From Candidatus Eiseniibacteriota bacterium (GTDB taxonomy: Bacteria > Eisenbacteria > RBG-16-71-46): a stretch of 59,954 nucleotides of DNA. Under the pieces are notes generated by a model. It was not told where the DNA came from. It saw only the letters and a list, made by a program, of their open reading frames with translations, and ran no database searches. A program made the position numbers and the translations under genes. Where the stretch lies: the NCBI GenBank assembly GCA_005893225.1, contig VBOT01000029.1, positions 1-59,954 of the forward strand. Direction: 5' to 3'. Positions 35,704 through 44,036 of the stretch are shown in pieces. Numbering within the stretch: the first letter of the stretch is position 1; each line of letters begins with the position of its first letter.

Positions 35704-36998
35704 GCGGCCCTCTTCCCCTCCCGGAGTTCCCCGGCACCCTCCCGGATGTGGGGCGTCCCCGGCAGCGAGGCCACGGTGTTCCCGCCCCGCCACTGCAGGT
35801 AGCCGAGCGAGGCCGCCATCGTGAGCACCAGGGCGAGCGCCACCGTCATCGCGCGCTTGGGACGCGAGTGGCGCTCGGGGAGGTCGGCCGCGTCGAGCAG
35901 CGAGAAGCTCGGCACCGGGTTCGCCTCCTCGACGCGCGCCTGCTCGTACACCCGTCGCAGGAGCTCGCTCACCGCGGTCAGGCTCATCTGCTCGCGCGTG
36001 AGCTGCAGGTACTCCTGCTTCAGGGCAGGGAGCTCCTGGCCCTTGAGCAGCATCGTGCCTCCGTGGCGCGCCAGGCGGTCGATCTGGCGATTGAGCTCGG
36101 CGATCCGGTCGCGCAGCTGGTTCACCTGGGGCGCCTCGTCGGTGAAGTAGCGACGCGCCGCCGCCAGCTCGGTCTCGAGCAGCGCCACCTGGGCCTCGAG
36201 CGTGCCGGCGGCTTCCATGGTCTCCTTGGTCTGCTCGGGCAGCGCCACCGCGCCGTGCTGCTCCTCGAACACGCGCACGCGGTCCGAAGCCTGCGAGATC
36301 CCGCCCTCGAGCTCTCGGAGCCGGGCCTCGAGGTAGAACCGTCGCTGGGTGGCCAGGCTGGTCTTGAGCCGCACCGCCTCGCTGGCCGCGAACGTCGCGT
36401 AGGCCGCCGCCATGTCGCGCGCCAGGGCGGGGCTCTGGGCCTCGACCGCGATCACCAGCTGGCCCTCCTTGGGAGTGGTCACCGTGGTGTGCTCGGCGAG
36501 CTTGTCGCGCGCCTGCTCGCGGCGCTTCGCCTTCCAGCGCCGCACCAGGTCGAAGCGCTTGACGATCGAGTCCGCCACCGCCCGGCTCGTCGCCACCATC
36601 TTGAGCTGGTCCTGGGGAGTCGGGGCGCCTCCGAGGCTCAGGGAGGCGCCGCCCAGCCCCTGCCCGATCCCGGAGAAATCGAGCGCCATGCCGTCCGACG
36701 GCGCGGGCACGAGCGTGACGCTCGACGTGTACCAGCGCGGCAGCAGGAACACGACCGCCACCGCGAGCACGGCCACCGCCCCGTGGAGCCGCAGCAGCCG
36801 GAGCCGCTCGCTCCAGGCGGCGCGGAGAAGCCGGGAGAGATCGAAACTCCACGCCCCGTGCGGGCCGGACGGCGCCGACGGCCCGGGCGGCTGCGACTCG
36901 GAGGGCGCGAGGTCCGGATCGGCAGCCCCACGAGCGGAGACCTCGGGGCGGCGAATCTCGAACTCGGCGGAGCGGTCGCTCCCCTTCCCGGCCGTCAC
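35700..36998 (-). CDS. Polysaccharide chain-length determinant (Wzz/GumC-like, no C-terminal tyrosine-kinase domain)
   Basis: An N-terminal TM with the Wzz motif region (LLPRWYTSSVTLVP) is followed by a long coiled-coil periplasmic region and a C-terminal TM. The GTG start overlaps the TGA of the Wza-like gene. Confidence 0.8.
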   Translation of the reverse strand: MTAGKGSDRSAEFEIRRPEVSARGAADPDLAPSESQPPGPSAPSGPHGAWSFDLSRLLRAAWSERLRLLRLHGAVAVLAVAVVFLLPRWYTSSVTLVPAPSDGMALDFSGIGQGLGGASLSLGGAPTPQDQLKMVATSRAVADSIVKRFDLVRRWKAKRREQARDKLAEHTTVTTPKEGQLVIAVEAQSPALARDMAAAYATFAASEAVRLKTSLATQRRFYLEARLRELEGGISQASDRVRVFEEQHGAVALPEQTKETMEAAGTLEAQVALLETELAAARRYFTDEAPQVNQLRDRIAELNRQIDRLARHGGTMLLKGQELPALKQEYLQLTREQMSLTAVSELLRRVYEQARVEEANPVPSFSLLDAADLPERHSRPKRAMTVALALVLTMAASLGYLQWRGGNTVASLPGTPHIREGAGELREGKRAA

Positions 36999-39058
36999 CG
37001 CGTGGCCGCCATCACCAGCGCCGCGGCCGTGGCCATCTCCATCAAGAAGCGGGTGCTGCTCGTGAGGGCGCGACCGACGCTGCCGGGATTCGGCGGGCGC
37101 GAGGCGATCACGATGGCGTCGCCCGCCTCGATCCGGCCGGCGTGGCCCTTGCTCACCGCCTCGCCGTTCGCCCGCAGCACGTAGCTGCGCCCCAGGTCCG
37201 CATCGTGGGAGAGCCCCCCGGCGAGCTTGATGTAGTCCTGGAACGAGCCGTTCTTGCGCGCCATCAGCGTGCCGGGGTTCATGACGCTGCCGAGCACCGT
37301 CACCGTGGCCGGACGGAGCGGCACGATCAGCCGGTCGCCGTCCTCGAGCACCGGGTCGCGCGCGGTGTTGACCCAGCGCCCGCCCTCGTCGAGGTCGAGC
37401 ACCACTCGCCCGGTGTCGGTCTGGCTCTCCATCTGCGCGGTGAGCTGCTCCTGGGCCCTCACCATCTCGTTCGCGGCGGTCGAGTCTCCCGACTGGGCGA
37501 GACGGGCCTGCTGCTCGGCCAGCTCGAGCCGGCGCCGCTGCACGAACTCGCGCAGGAACGCCCGGCCCTGCTCCGCCGCGCTGCGCCGCACGAAGACCGC
37601 CGCCGGGAGGTAGCCGTTCGCGGTGATCCCACCGGCGCGGCGCAGCACCGCCGAGAGCCGCTCCCCCTGGCCCGCGGTGTACGTGCCGGGGCGCACCACC
37701 TCGCCCTCGAGCGAGACAGCGCGTGGGAACCGCGCGCTCGAGAACACCGTGATGGCATCCATGGCCTGGAGCTCGAGGTCGTCCTTGCCCGACCACACAC
37801 CCCGGACCGAGAACGAGCGGACGTCGACCCGGAAGGTCGAAGGATCGATGCGCCTGAGTTCGGCCTGCTCGAGGGCCGCCTCGGGAAGCAGGCGGCTCGG
37901 CGCCAGGAGCTGGGACAGCTTGAGCCCGGGCGTGAGCTCGTACTCGCCCGGGTGCCGCACGAAGCCGTCCAGCGTCACCACGTTCCGCACCCGCTCGTGC
38001 AGGGGCAGAACCGTCACCAAGTCGTAGCTCGAGAGCATCAGCGAGTCGGGATTGATCCCGTGTCCGTGATCGAGGGGCAGATCCTGGAGCCGGAACCCTC
38101 CGTTGGCGTCGACGCGCTCTACGTTGACGCGGCTCAGGTCCGCGAACGGCGAAGGGCCGCCCGCCATGGCCAGGAGCGAGCCCAGGCTCAGGGGGCCGCC
38201 GCCCTCGTAGACTCCGGGGCGCACCACCGCGCCCTGGATCCCCATCTGCGAGAGGACGAGGCCCACGAACACCACGTCGCCGGCCTGGAGCCGCTCATCG
38301 TTGCTGCGGTCCCCGTCGAGCAGGAAGCGGTAGAGGTCGAGCCGCGCGACCTCGCGGTTGGCCCGCAGCACCCGGATGTCGCGCAGGCTGCCGAGCGAGT
38401 CGGGCCCGCCGGCGGCGACCAGCGCGTTGAAGGCGGTCGAGAGCCCCGTGAGCGTGTACTTGCCGGGGCGCGCCACGCTGCCCAGCACGAAGACGTCGAT
38501 CGCCCTCAGGCGCCCCATCGAGACCTGGACGCGGGCGTTCCGGAGCACGGTGGCGATGCGCGCCTTGATCAGTCCCTCGGCGTTCGCGAACGTGAGGCCC
38601 CAGAGGTACGTGCTGCCGACGCGCGGCAGGAACACCTGACCGTCGCGATCGAGGGTGAGCACCAGGCTGGTATCGGAGAGGCCGGACACGAACAGCGACA
38701 GGTTGTCGCCCGGTCCGAGCACGTAGCCGGGCCCGACGGGACCGTCCTCGATCGCGGAGAACTTCTGGTCCGCGCCGCGGAACAGGTCGCGGCCGAACGG
38801 CGTCAGACCGCGCCAGCGCGTGGCCGCGGATGGAACGGAGAGCGTTCGCTTGAGGCTCTGGATGGTCTCGCGGCCGGGCAGTTGGTCGCCGAGCACGTCG
38901 GTGACCGTGGGGTCGGTCGACGCCGCCACCGGCGGCGCATCGACCATCCCGTGGAGCCCCAGCATCAGCAACACCGCCATCACTGGCGCTGCAAATGCGA
39001 GGCACGCGGCCGGACGCAACCCCTGCGCCCAGCGCCGAGGGGTTGATTCGCGTGACAT
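36995..39058 (-). CDS. Polysaccharide export protein (Wza-like: Poly_export + multiple SLBB domains)
   Basis: YVLGPGDNLSLFV...DGQVFLPRVG is Poly_export-like. Soluble-ligand-binding beta-grasp-like segments with GD..V.VP motifs recur after it. Confidence 0.85.
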   Translation of the reverse strand: MSRESTPRRWAQGLRPAACLAFAAPVMAVLLMLGLHGMVDAPPVAASTDPTVTDVLGDQLPGRETIQSLKRTLSVPSAATRWRGLTPFGRDLFRGADQKFSAIEDGPVGPGYVLGPGDNLSLFVSGLSDTSLVLTLDRDGQVFLPRVGSTYLWGLTFANAEGLIKARIATVLRNARVQVSMGRLRAIDVFVLGSVARPGKYTLTGLSTAFNALVAAGGPDSLGSLRDIRVLRANREVARLDLYRFLLDGDRSNDERLQAGDVVFVGLVLSQMGIQGAVVRPGVYEGGGPLSLGSLLAMAGGPSPFADLSRVNVERVDANGGFRLQDLPLDHGHGINPDSLMLSSYDLVTVLPLHERVRNVVTLDGFVRHPGEYELTPGLKLSQLLAPSRLLPEAALEQAELRRIDPSTFRVDVRSFSVRGVWSGKDDLELQAMDAITVFSSARFPRAVSLEGEVVRPGTYTAGQGERLSAVLRRAGGITANGYLPAAVFVRRSAAEQGRAFLREFVQRRRLELAEQQARLAQSGDSTAANEMVRAQEQLTAQMESQTDTGRVVLDLDEGGRWVNTARDPVLEDGDRLIVPLRPATVTVLGSVMNPGTLMARKNGSFQDYIKLAGGLSHDADLGRSYVLRANGEAVSKGHAGRIEAGDAIVIASRPPNPGSVGRALTSSTRFLMEMATAAALVMAATR

Positions 39059-39390
39059 GGTGGATTCCCTTGAACTCGGCTCGATGCCGGTGGTCTTGCT
39101 CGAAGACCCGGGGCAGCCTGCCCTTCTGAGGGAGAGATCGGCCTCCGCGGCTAGGCGCTTGAGTCCGGGCGAAGAGGTCGAGCAAGGACAGTGCCCGGGG
39201 GCGGCGCAGGATCGCGCCTCTCCGGCGGCGCGCTCGCGAGAGCGCCTTGGGCCAGGGCAAGTTACATGGAAACCGTGGGCCGGATCTCGGGGCGCCCACG
39301 GGGGCCGGGGCTCTCGAAGTGGGCTTGTGGCGGCCAGTTGCGGCCGGAACGATCCCCGGAGCGCTCAAATCTTGTCCGGAGTCCCGAACC

Positions 39391-40317
39391 TCACTCGCCC
39401 CTGAGCGTCGCGCGCACGTCCGCCACCGCCAAGGCCGCGGCTCCGAACGCCACGGTGATGCCGAGAAGTGGGGGGCGCGTCACATCGCCCGCGGCCCAGA
39501 CGGCCGGCCGCGAGGCGCGATGCCTCGGGTCGACCCGGATGAATCCCTCCCCGTCGTGATCGAGCACCGCCCGGCACCACTCGGTGTTCGGGATCACCCC
39601 CACCTTGATCACCGCGCCCGAGGCCTTGCGGACGAACGGTCCGTCCGGGCCCTCGAGCTCCACGGCCTCCAGCCGATCCGCGCCGAGGAAGGCGTTCACC
39701 CGCACGCCCTCCACGACCTCGATGCTCCTCTCCCGCGCCACTCGATCGCGGAACTCGCGTCGGGCCCGCGGCTCCTCCAGCAGGGCCAGCAGCACGCGGC
39801 AGCCCGCCCCGGCCAGGATCAACGCGTTCTCGAACGCCCCATCCCCGCCTCCCACGACCACCACGTCGCGCCCCGCCAGGCTCCGGAGATCGCGAGTGGC
39901 CGAGTAGGAAACGCCCCGGTCCTCGAGCTCGCGTTCGCCCGGCACCTCGAGACACCGCCGGCGCACCCCGGTGGCGACCAGCACCGCATCCGCCTCGAAG
40001 CGCTCGCCCGCCGAGCTCTCGACCCAGGGTCGCCCCCGCGGATCCGCCGACCCGAGCGATGCGGCGGCCGTGTCGCAGCGCACCGGCACGCCGGAGTCCC
40101 GGAGCTGATGGGCGAAGGTCGCGGCGATCGCCGGCCCATCGCCGGCCGGGAGGCCCGGGAGCTCGCGCGGGTGGAAGTGGACATGATGGAGCTGTCCGCC
40201 CGGCGCGGGGCCCGCCTCGATCACCGAGACACCGAGGTCTCGCGAGAGCGCCCAGAGCGCCGCCGAGACGCCTGCCGGGCCCGCGCCGACGATCAGGAGC
40301 TCGGTCTCAGCGGCCAG
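39391..40317 (-). CDS. Thioredoxin-reductase-like FAD/NAD(P) oxidoreductase lacking the CxxC redox centre; start codon unresolved
   Basis: The frame reads ...TELLIVGAGPAGVSAALWA...GVSYSATRD (true TrxR has CATCD here)...VVVVGGGDGAFENA...AAGDV. No ATG, GTG or TTG precedes the GxGxxG motif. The 5-prime end given here (CTG at 40317) is a guess. Confidence 0.65.
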   Translation of the reverse strand: MAAETELLIVGAGPAGVSAALWALSRDLGVSVIEAGPAPGGQLHHVHFHPRELPGLPAGDGPAIAATFAHQLRDSGVPVRCDTAAASLGSADPRGRPWVESSAGERFEADAVLVATGVRRRCLEVPGERELEDRGVSYSATRDLRSLAGRDVVVVGGGDGAFENALILAGAGCRVLLALLEEPRARREFRDRVARERSIEVVEGVRVNAFLGADRLEAVELEGPDGPFVRKASGAVIKVGVIPNTEWCRAVLDHDGEGFIRVDPRHRASRPAVWAAGDVTRPPLLGITVAFGAAALAVADVRATLRGE

Positions 40318-40888
40318 CCTTCCTCCGCCCGCCGCTCCAGAGCTCGGTCCACGGGGTGTCCCGCAGCGCGCCGCGCACCACGCGCGTCTCGACCCGCCCG
40401 AAGCGCCGCACGCCGCGCATCTCCATGCACAGGTGCCGGGCCTCGAGCAACACCGCCACGCCGCGCGGGCGGAGCAGCTTCTCGACGTGATCGGCGATCT
40501 GCGCCGTCATCCGCTCCTGGAGCTGCGGGCGGCGCGCGTAATGGTCGACCAGGCGCGCCACGCCGCTCACGCCGATGATCCGCTCGCCCGGCACATAGAC
40601 GAGATGGGCGCGCCCGAAGAAGGGGATGAAGTGATGGACGCACAGCGAGTGGAACGGCAGATCCCGCACCGCAACCAGGTCGTCGCTTCCCGAGTGCGGG
40701 AAGGTCACGAGGTCGGGCTCGGAGTCGGGCTCGAGGCCGGAGAAGACCTCGAGATAGAGGTCGGCGACGCGCGAGGGGGTTTGGGCCAGCTCGGGATCGC
40801 GTGAAGGATCGAGGCCCAGGCCGCGGATCAGCTCGGCGACCGCGCGCTCCACCGCGCCCCGGTCACGGCCCCGCGGCTGGGAGCTCAC
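40307..40888 (-). CDS. folE: GTP cyclohydrolase I
   Basis: The motifs SLCVHHFIPFFGRAHLVY, IGVSGVARLVD and RPQLQERMT are present. The GTG at 40888 has GGAGG 5 nt upstream. The longer track ORF runs into the tRNA and I rejected it. Confidence 0.85.
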   Translation of the reverse strand: MSSQPRGRDRGAVERAVAELIRGLGLDPSRDPELAQTPSRVADLYLEVFSGLEPDSEPDLVTFPHSGSDDLVAVRDLPFHSLCVHHFIPFFGRAHLVYVPGERIIGVSGVARLVDHYARRPQLQERMTAQIADHVEKLLRPRGVAVLLEARHLCMEMRGVRRFGRVETRVVRGALRDTPWTELWSGGRRKAGR

Positions 40889-40945
40889 ATGCACCTCCGA
40901 GGCCGGACGGCGGCGGGGCCGACCCCAGAGCCGGCCCCGCGGAAA

Positions 40946-41022
40946 TGGAGCGGAAGACGGGATTTGAACCCGCGACAACCACCTTGGCAAGGTGGGGCTC
41001 TACCGGGCTGAGCTACTTCCGC
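40946..41022 (-). tRNA. tRNA-Gly (anticodon GCC), CCA encoded
   Basis: The cloverleaf GCGGAAG-TA-GCTC-AGCCCGGTA-GAGC-C-CCACC-TTGCCAA-GGTGG-TTGTC-GCGGG-TTCAAAT-CCCGT-CTTCCGC-TCCA was folded by hand. Confidence 0.9.
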
Positions 41023-41035
41023 TGAACGGGGACGG

Positions 41036-41065
41036 ACTATATCCAGGCCCCCGAATGAGCGTCAA
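41036..41065 (-). promoter_or_regulatory. Candidate promoter of tRNA-Gly (and possibly folE)
   Basis: The minus-sense sequence is TTGACG-N18-TATAGT. The -10 hexamer ends 13 nt before the mature tRNA 5-prime end. Confidence 0.45.
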
Positions 41066-41078
41066 GGAGTGGCGCGGT

Positions 41079-41107
41079 TTGGCACCCGCGCCGGCAGCCT
41101 CTATAAG
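41079..41107 (+). promoter_or_regulatory. Candidate promoter of aspartate kinase (would give a leaderless or near-leaderless mRNA)
   Basis: The sequence is TTGGCA-N17-TATAAG. The -10 hexamer ends 7 nt before the ATG at 41115, and there is no Shine-Dalgarno sequence. Confidence 0.4.
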
Positions 41108-41114
41108 TCCCTGG

Positions 41115-42314
41115 ATGCCCCTTCTGGTCCAGAAGTACGGCGGCACGTCGGTGGACGGCCCGGCTCGCATCCGCGCCGTGGCCGAGCGCGTGGCGGCCGC
41201 CCACCGCGCCGGTAATCCCACGGTCGTCGTCGTCTCGGCGATGGGCCAGACCACCGACGAGCTCCAGTCGCTGGCCCGCCAGGTCTCGGCTCGCCCACAC
41301 CCGCGCGAGCTGGACATGCTGCTCACCGCCGGGGAGCGCGTGGCCATGGCATTGCTGGCGATGGCGCTCCACGACCTCGGGGTCGAGGCGATTTCGTTCA
41401 CCGGCTCGCAGAGCGGTATCTTGACCGACGGGGCGCACAGCGCGGCGCGCATCGTGGCGGTCAAGCCGGAGCGGATCCTCGCCGAGCTCGAGCGCGGGCG
41501 CGTGGTGATCGTCGCCGGCTTCCAGGGGGTGAACCCCGAGACCAAGGAGATCACCACGCTGGGACGCGGCGGCTCGGACACCACGGCGGTGGCGCTCGCC
41601 GCCTCGCTGGGCACCGGGCGCTGCGAGATCTACACCGACGTGGGCGGGGTCTGCACCGCGGACCCGCGAATGGTGCCCGGGGCGCGGGTGCTCCCGCGCC
41701 TCTCGTACCGGCTGTGCTCGACCCTCGCCCACCTGGGAGGCCGGGTGCTCCACGCGCGCTGCGTCGACCTCGCGGCCGCGAACGGGGTGCCGCTCACGGT
41801 GCGCTCGTCGTTCGACGAGGAGCCCGGGACGTCGATCGGAGGAGAGGAGATGGAGCGGGCGCGCGTCCAGGCGGTGACCCACCGGGACCAGGTCTCGATC
41901 GCGATCGCCGAGGGCACCGCCGGGGGCCGCGGCGAGGCCCGCGGGATCATCGAGGCGGTGGCCCGGGCGTTCCCCGAGCTCGAGCTGATCGCCCACGAGC
42001 AGGCCACCGACGCGCACGGCGCGATCGTGTGGATCGGAACCCGCTCCGACGCCGAGGCGCTGCGCCGCGGCTTCCGCGACCTCAGGGGACCCGGCGGCGA
42101 GTGGAAGCTCCAGGTGGACGACGGCGCGGCGTTCGTCTCGGTGGTGGGGCTCGGCCTCGGCGCGCAGGAGACGGTGCGGGCCGAGCAGGCCCTCGAGCGC
42201 GCCGGGGTCCCGCTGGTCGCGCTCCGGACCACGCCGACGGCTCTGATCTTCCGCGTCCCGGGCGAGCGATGCGCGGCCGCCGTGCAGGCGCTGCACGCCG
42301 CGTTTCTGGAATAG
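41115..42314 (+). CDS. lysC: Aspartate kinase
   Basis: The sequence has [24 protein letters not shown] and [13 protein letters not shown] motifs, followed by C-terminal ACT-like repeats. Confidence 0.9.
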   Translation: MPLLVQKYGGTSVDGPARIRAVAERVAAAHRAGNPTVVVVSAMGQTTDELQSLARQVSARPHPRELDMLLTAGERVAMALLAMALHDLGVEAISFTGSQSGILTDGAHSAARIVAVKPERILAELERGRVVIVAGFQGVNPETKEITTLGRGGSDTTAVALAASLGTGRCEIYTDVGGVCTADPRMVPGARVLPRLSYRLCSTLAHLGGRVLHARCVDLAAANGVPLTVRSSFDEEPGTSIGGEEMERARVQAVTHRDQVSIAIAEGTAGGRGEARGIIEAVARAFPELELIAHEQATDAHGAIVWIGTRSDAEALRRGFRDLRGPGGEWKLQVDDGAAFVSVVGLGLGAQETVRAEQALERAGVPLVALRTTPTALIFRVPGERCAAAVQALHAAFLE

Positions 42315-42481
42315 CAGCCGAAGCCCGGGTCGGGACGCCCAAGGGCTTCTGCGAGACTCTCGCAGCGCGCGGAGGCAGGAGTCGGAGCGCGCGTCGCGAG
42401 TCAGCGAGCCGGGGACAGGATGTCGGAGGCCGCGGGTCTCGCAAGAGGCCCTTGGGCGTCCCGAGCCGGGGTTGCGGCTGC
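42314..42481 (+). repeat. Rod-like palindromic intergenic element, copy A (REP/MITE-like or structured RNA)
   Basis: The element fills the whole convergent lysC/glgA gap. Its long arms (gggacgcccaagggc...gcccttgggcgtccc) flank a 91-nt core (42352-42442). That core matches the reverse complement of 54139..54229 with about 4 mismatches by eye. Confidence 0.8.
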
Positions 42482-42484
42482 CCG

Positions 42485-44017
42485 TCAGATCATCGAGCGG
42501 GCGGCTTCGAGAGTGATCGCCCGGCCGGAAGCGACCCGCTCGCGAGCCTCCTCGTACAGCTCGTCGTAGCGATCGGCGCTCTTCCGCCACGAGAAGTCGT
42601 GGCTCATCCCGTTCCGCTGCAGCGTCCGCCACAGCGCCGGCTGGCGGTGGATCGCCAGCGCGCGGCGAAGCGCGCCGATCATCTCGTCGGGATCGAAGCG
42701 CTGGAACAGGAAACCCGTGCCCTGACCGGTGAGCGGGTCGAACTCCTCGACGGTGTCCGCCAGCCCTCCCACCGCGCGGACCACCGGGGGCGTACCGTAG
42801 CGCAGACTGTACATCTGGTTCAGGCCGCATGGCTCGTAGCGCGACGGCATGAGGAACAGGTTGCAGCCGCCCTCGATCCCGTGCGCGAACGCCTCGTCGT
42901 GCGCGGCGCGGTAATGGAATCGCTCCGGATGGTCGACCGCCAAGCGGCGGAGCAAATCCTGGTAGCGCGGCTGGCCGGTGCCGAGAAGCACGAAGCGAGC
43001 CTCGAGTCGAACCAGGTCCTGGCGCGCCTGCTCGATCAGATCGAAGCCCTTCTGCTCGGTGAGCCGGGAGATCATCCCGATCAGCGGCCACGAGGGCTCC
43101 CTCGGGAACCCGCACTCGCGCGCCAAGAGCCGCGTGTTCATCAGCTTCTTCTCGATCTCGGCGAGATCGTAGCGATGGGGAAGGTGAGCGTCTCGCGCCG
43201 GGTCCCACTCGCCGTCGTCGATGCCGTTCAGGATCCCGCGCAGATCGTCCCCGCGGCGGGCCAGCACGCCCTCGAGGCCGCAGCCGAACTCCCCGCTCGA
43301 CTGGATCTCCTGCGCGTAGCGGGGGCTCACGGTCGAGATCATGTCGGCGAACACGAGCCCGACCTTCATGTAGTTCACGCGACCCCAGTATTCGAACGGG
43401 CCGGAAGGATAGAACAGCTCAATTCCGATCCCGACCAGCCCCAGCACCCACGGGTCGTGAATTCCCTGGTAGCCGAGGTTGTGCACGGTGAACACGGTCG
43501 CCGTGTCGCGGAACGCCTGAACGCAGGGTTCGTGGGTGCGGGCCAGGCACAGGGCCCACGCCGCCTGATGGTCGTGGCCGTGGAGGATGTCGATGGGCTC
43601 GCCGAGCCGTGTGAGGCCCTCCAGCGCCGCGCGCGCGAAGAACAGGAACCGCTCGGCGTTGTCGGCGTAGCCCTGGCCGCTCTTGGGGTCGTCGTAGACG
43701 CCGGGCCGGTCGAAGAACTGCCGCTCGCCGGCGTGGCCCACGAGCAGGACCCGGGGGCCGGCCTCCGGGACGCACAGCTCGAAGCTCGCCGGCTCGCGGC
43801 CCATCCCCCACGGAACCCCGCCATCCTCCAGCGTCCGCCGCTGCCATTCGTGGGGAACCTGCAAGGTCCGGTAGGCAGGAATCGCCACCGTGACCCGATG
43901 GCCCCGGCGAGCCTGCTCGGAGCTCAGCGCCCCGACCACGTCGGCGAGCCCCCCGACCTTGACGAGCGGGCCCATCTCGCTCGCCAGGTGGGCGATCGAC
44001 CAGCGCCTCCCGCTCAT
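42485..44017 (-). CDS. glgA: Glycogen (starch) synthase
   Basis: The N-terminal KVGGLADVVGAL motif is present and the sequence is GT5 family-like throughout. Confidence 0.9.
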   Translation of the reverse strand: MSGRRWSIAHLASEMGPLVKVGGLADVVGALSSEQARRGHRVTVAIPAYRTLQVPHEWQRRTLEDGGVPWGMGREPASFELCVPEAGPRVLLVGHAGERQFFDRPGVYDDPKSGQGYADNAERFLFFARAALEGLTRLGEPIDILHGHDHQAAWALCLARTHEPCVQAFRDTATVFTVHNLGYQGIHDPWVLGLVGIGIELFYPSGPFEYWGRVNYMKVGLVFADMISTVSPRYAQEIQSSGEFGCGLEGVLARRGDDLRGILNGIDDGEWDPARDAHLPHRYDLAEIEKKLMNTRLLARECGFPREPSWPLIGMISRLTEQKGFDLIEQARQDLVRLEARFVLLGTGQPRYQDLLRRLAVDHPERFHYRAAHDEAFAHGIEGGCNLFLMPSRYEPCGLNQMYSLRYGTPPVVRAVGGLADTVEEFDPLTGQGTGFLFQRFDPDEMIGALRRALAIHRQPALWRTLQRNGMSHDFSWRKSADRYDELYEEARERVASGRAITLEAARSMI

Positions 44018-44036
44018 CCGCGGAATCTCCGGGCGG

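Noticed and set aside
40889-40990. The N-terminal extension of the folE ORF (TTG start at 40990).
   Set aside because: The extension runs through the tRNA-Gly gene on the same strand. The GTG at 40888 with a GGAGG site gives a normal FolE N-terminus.
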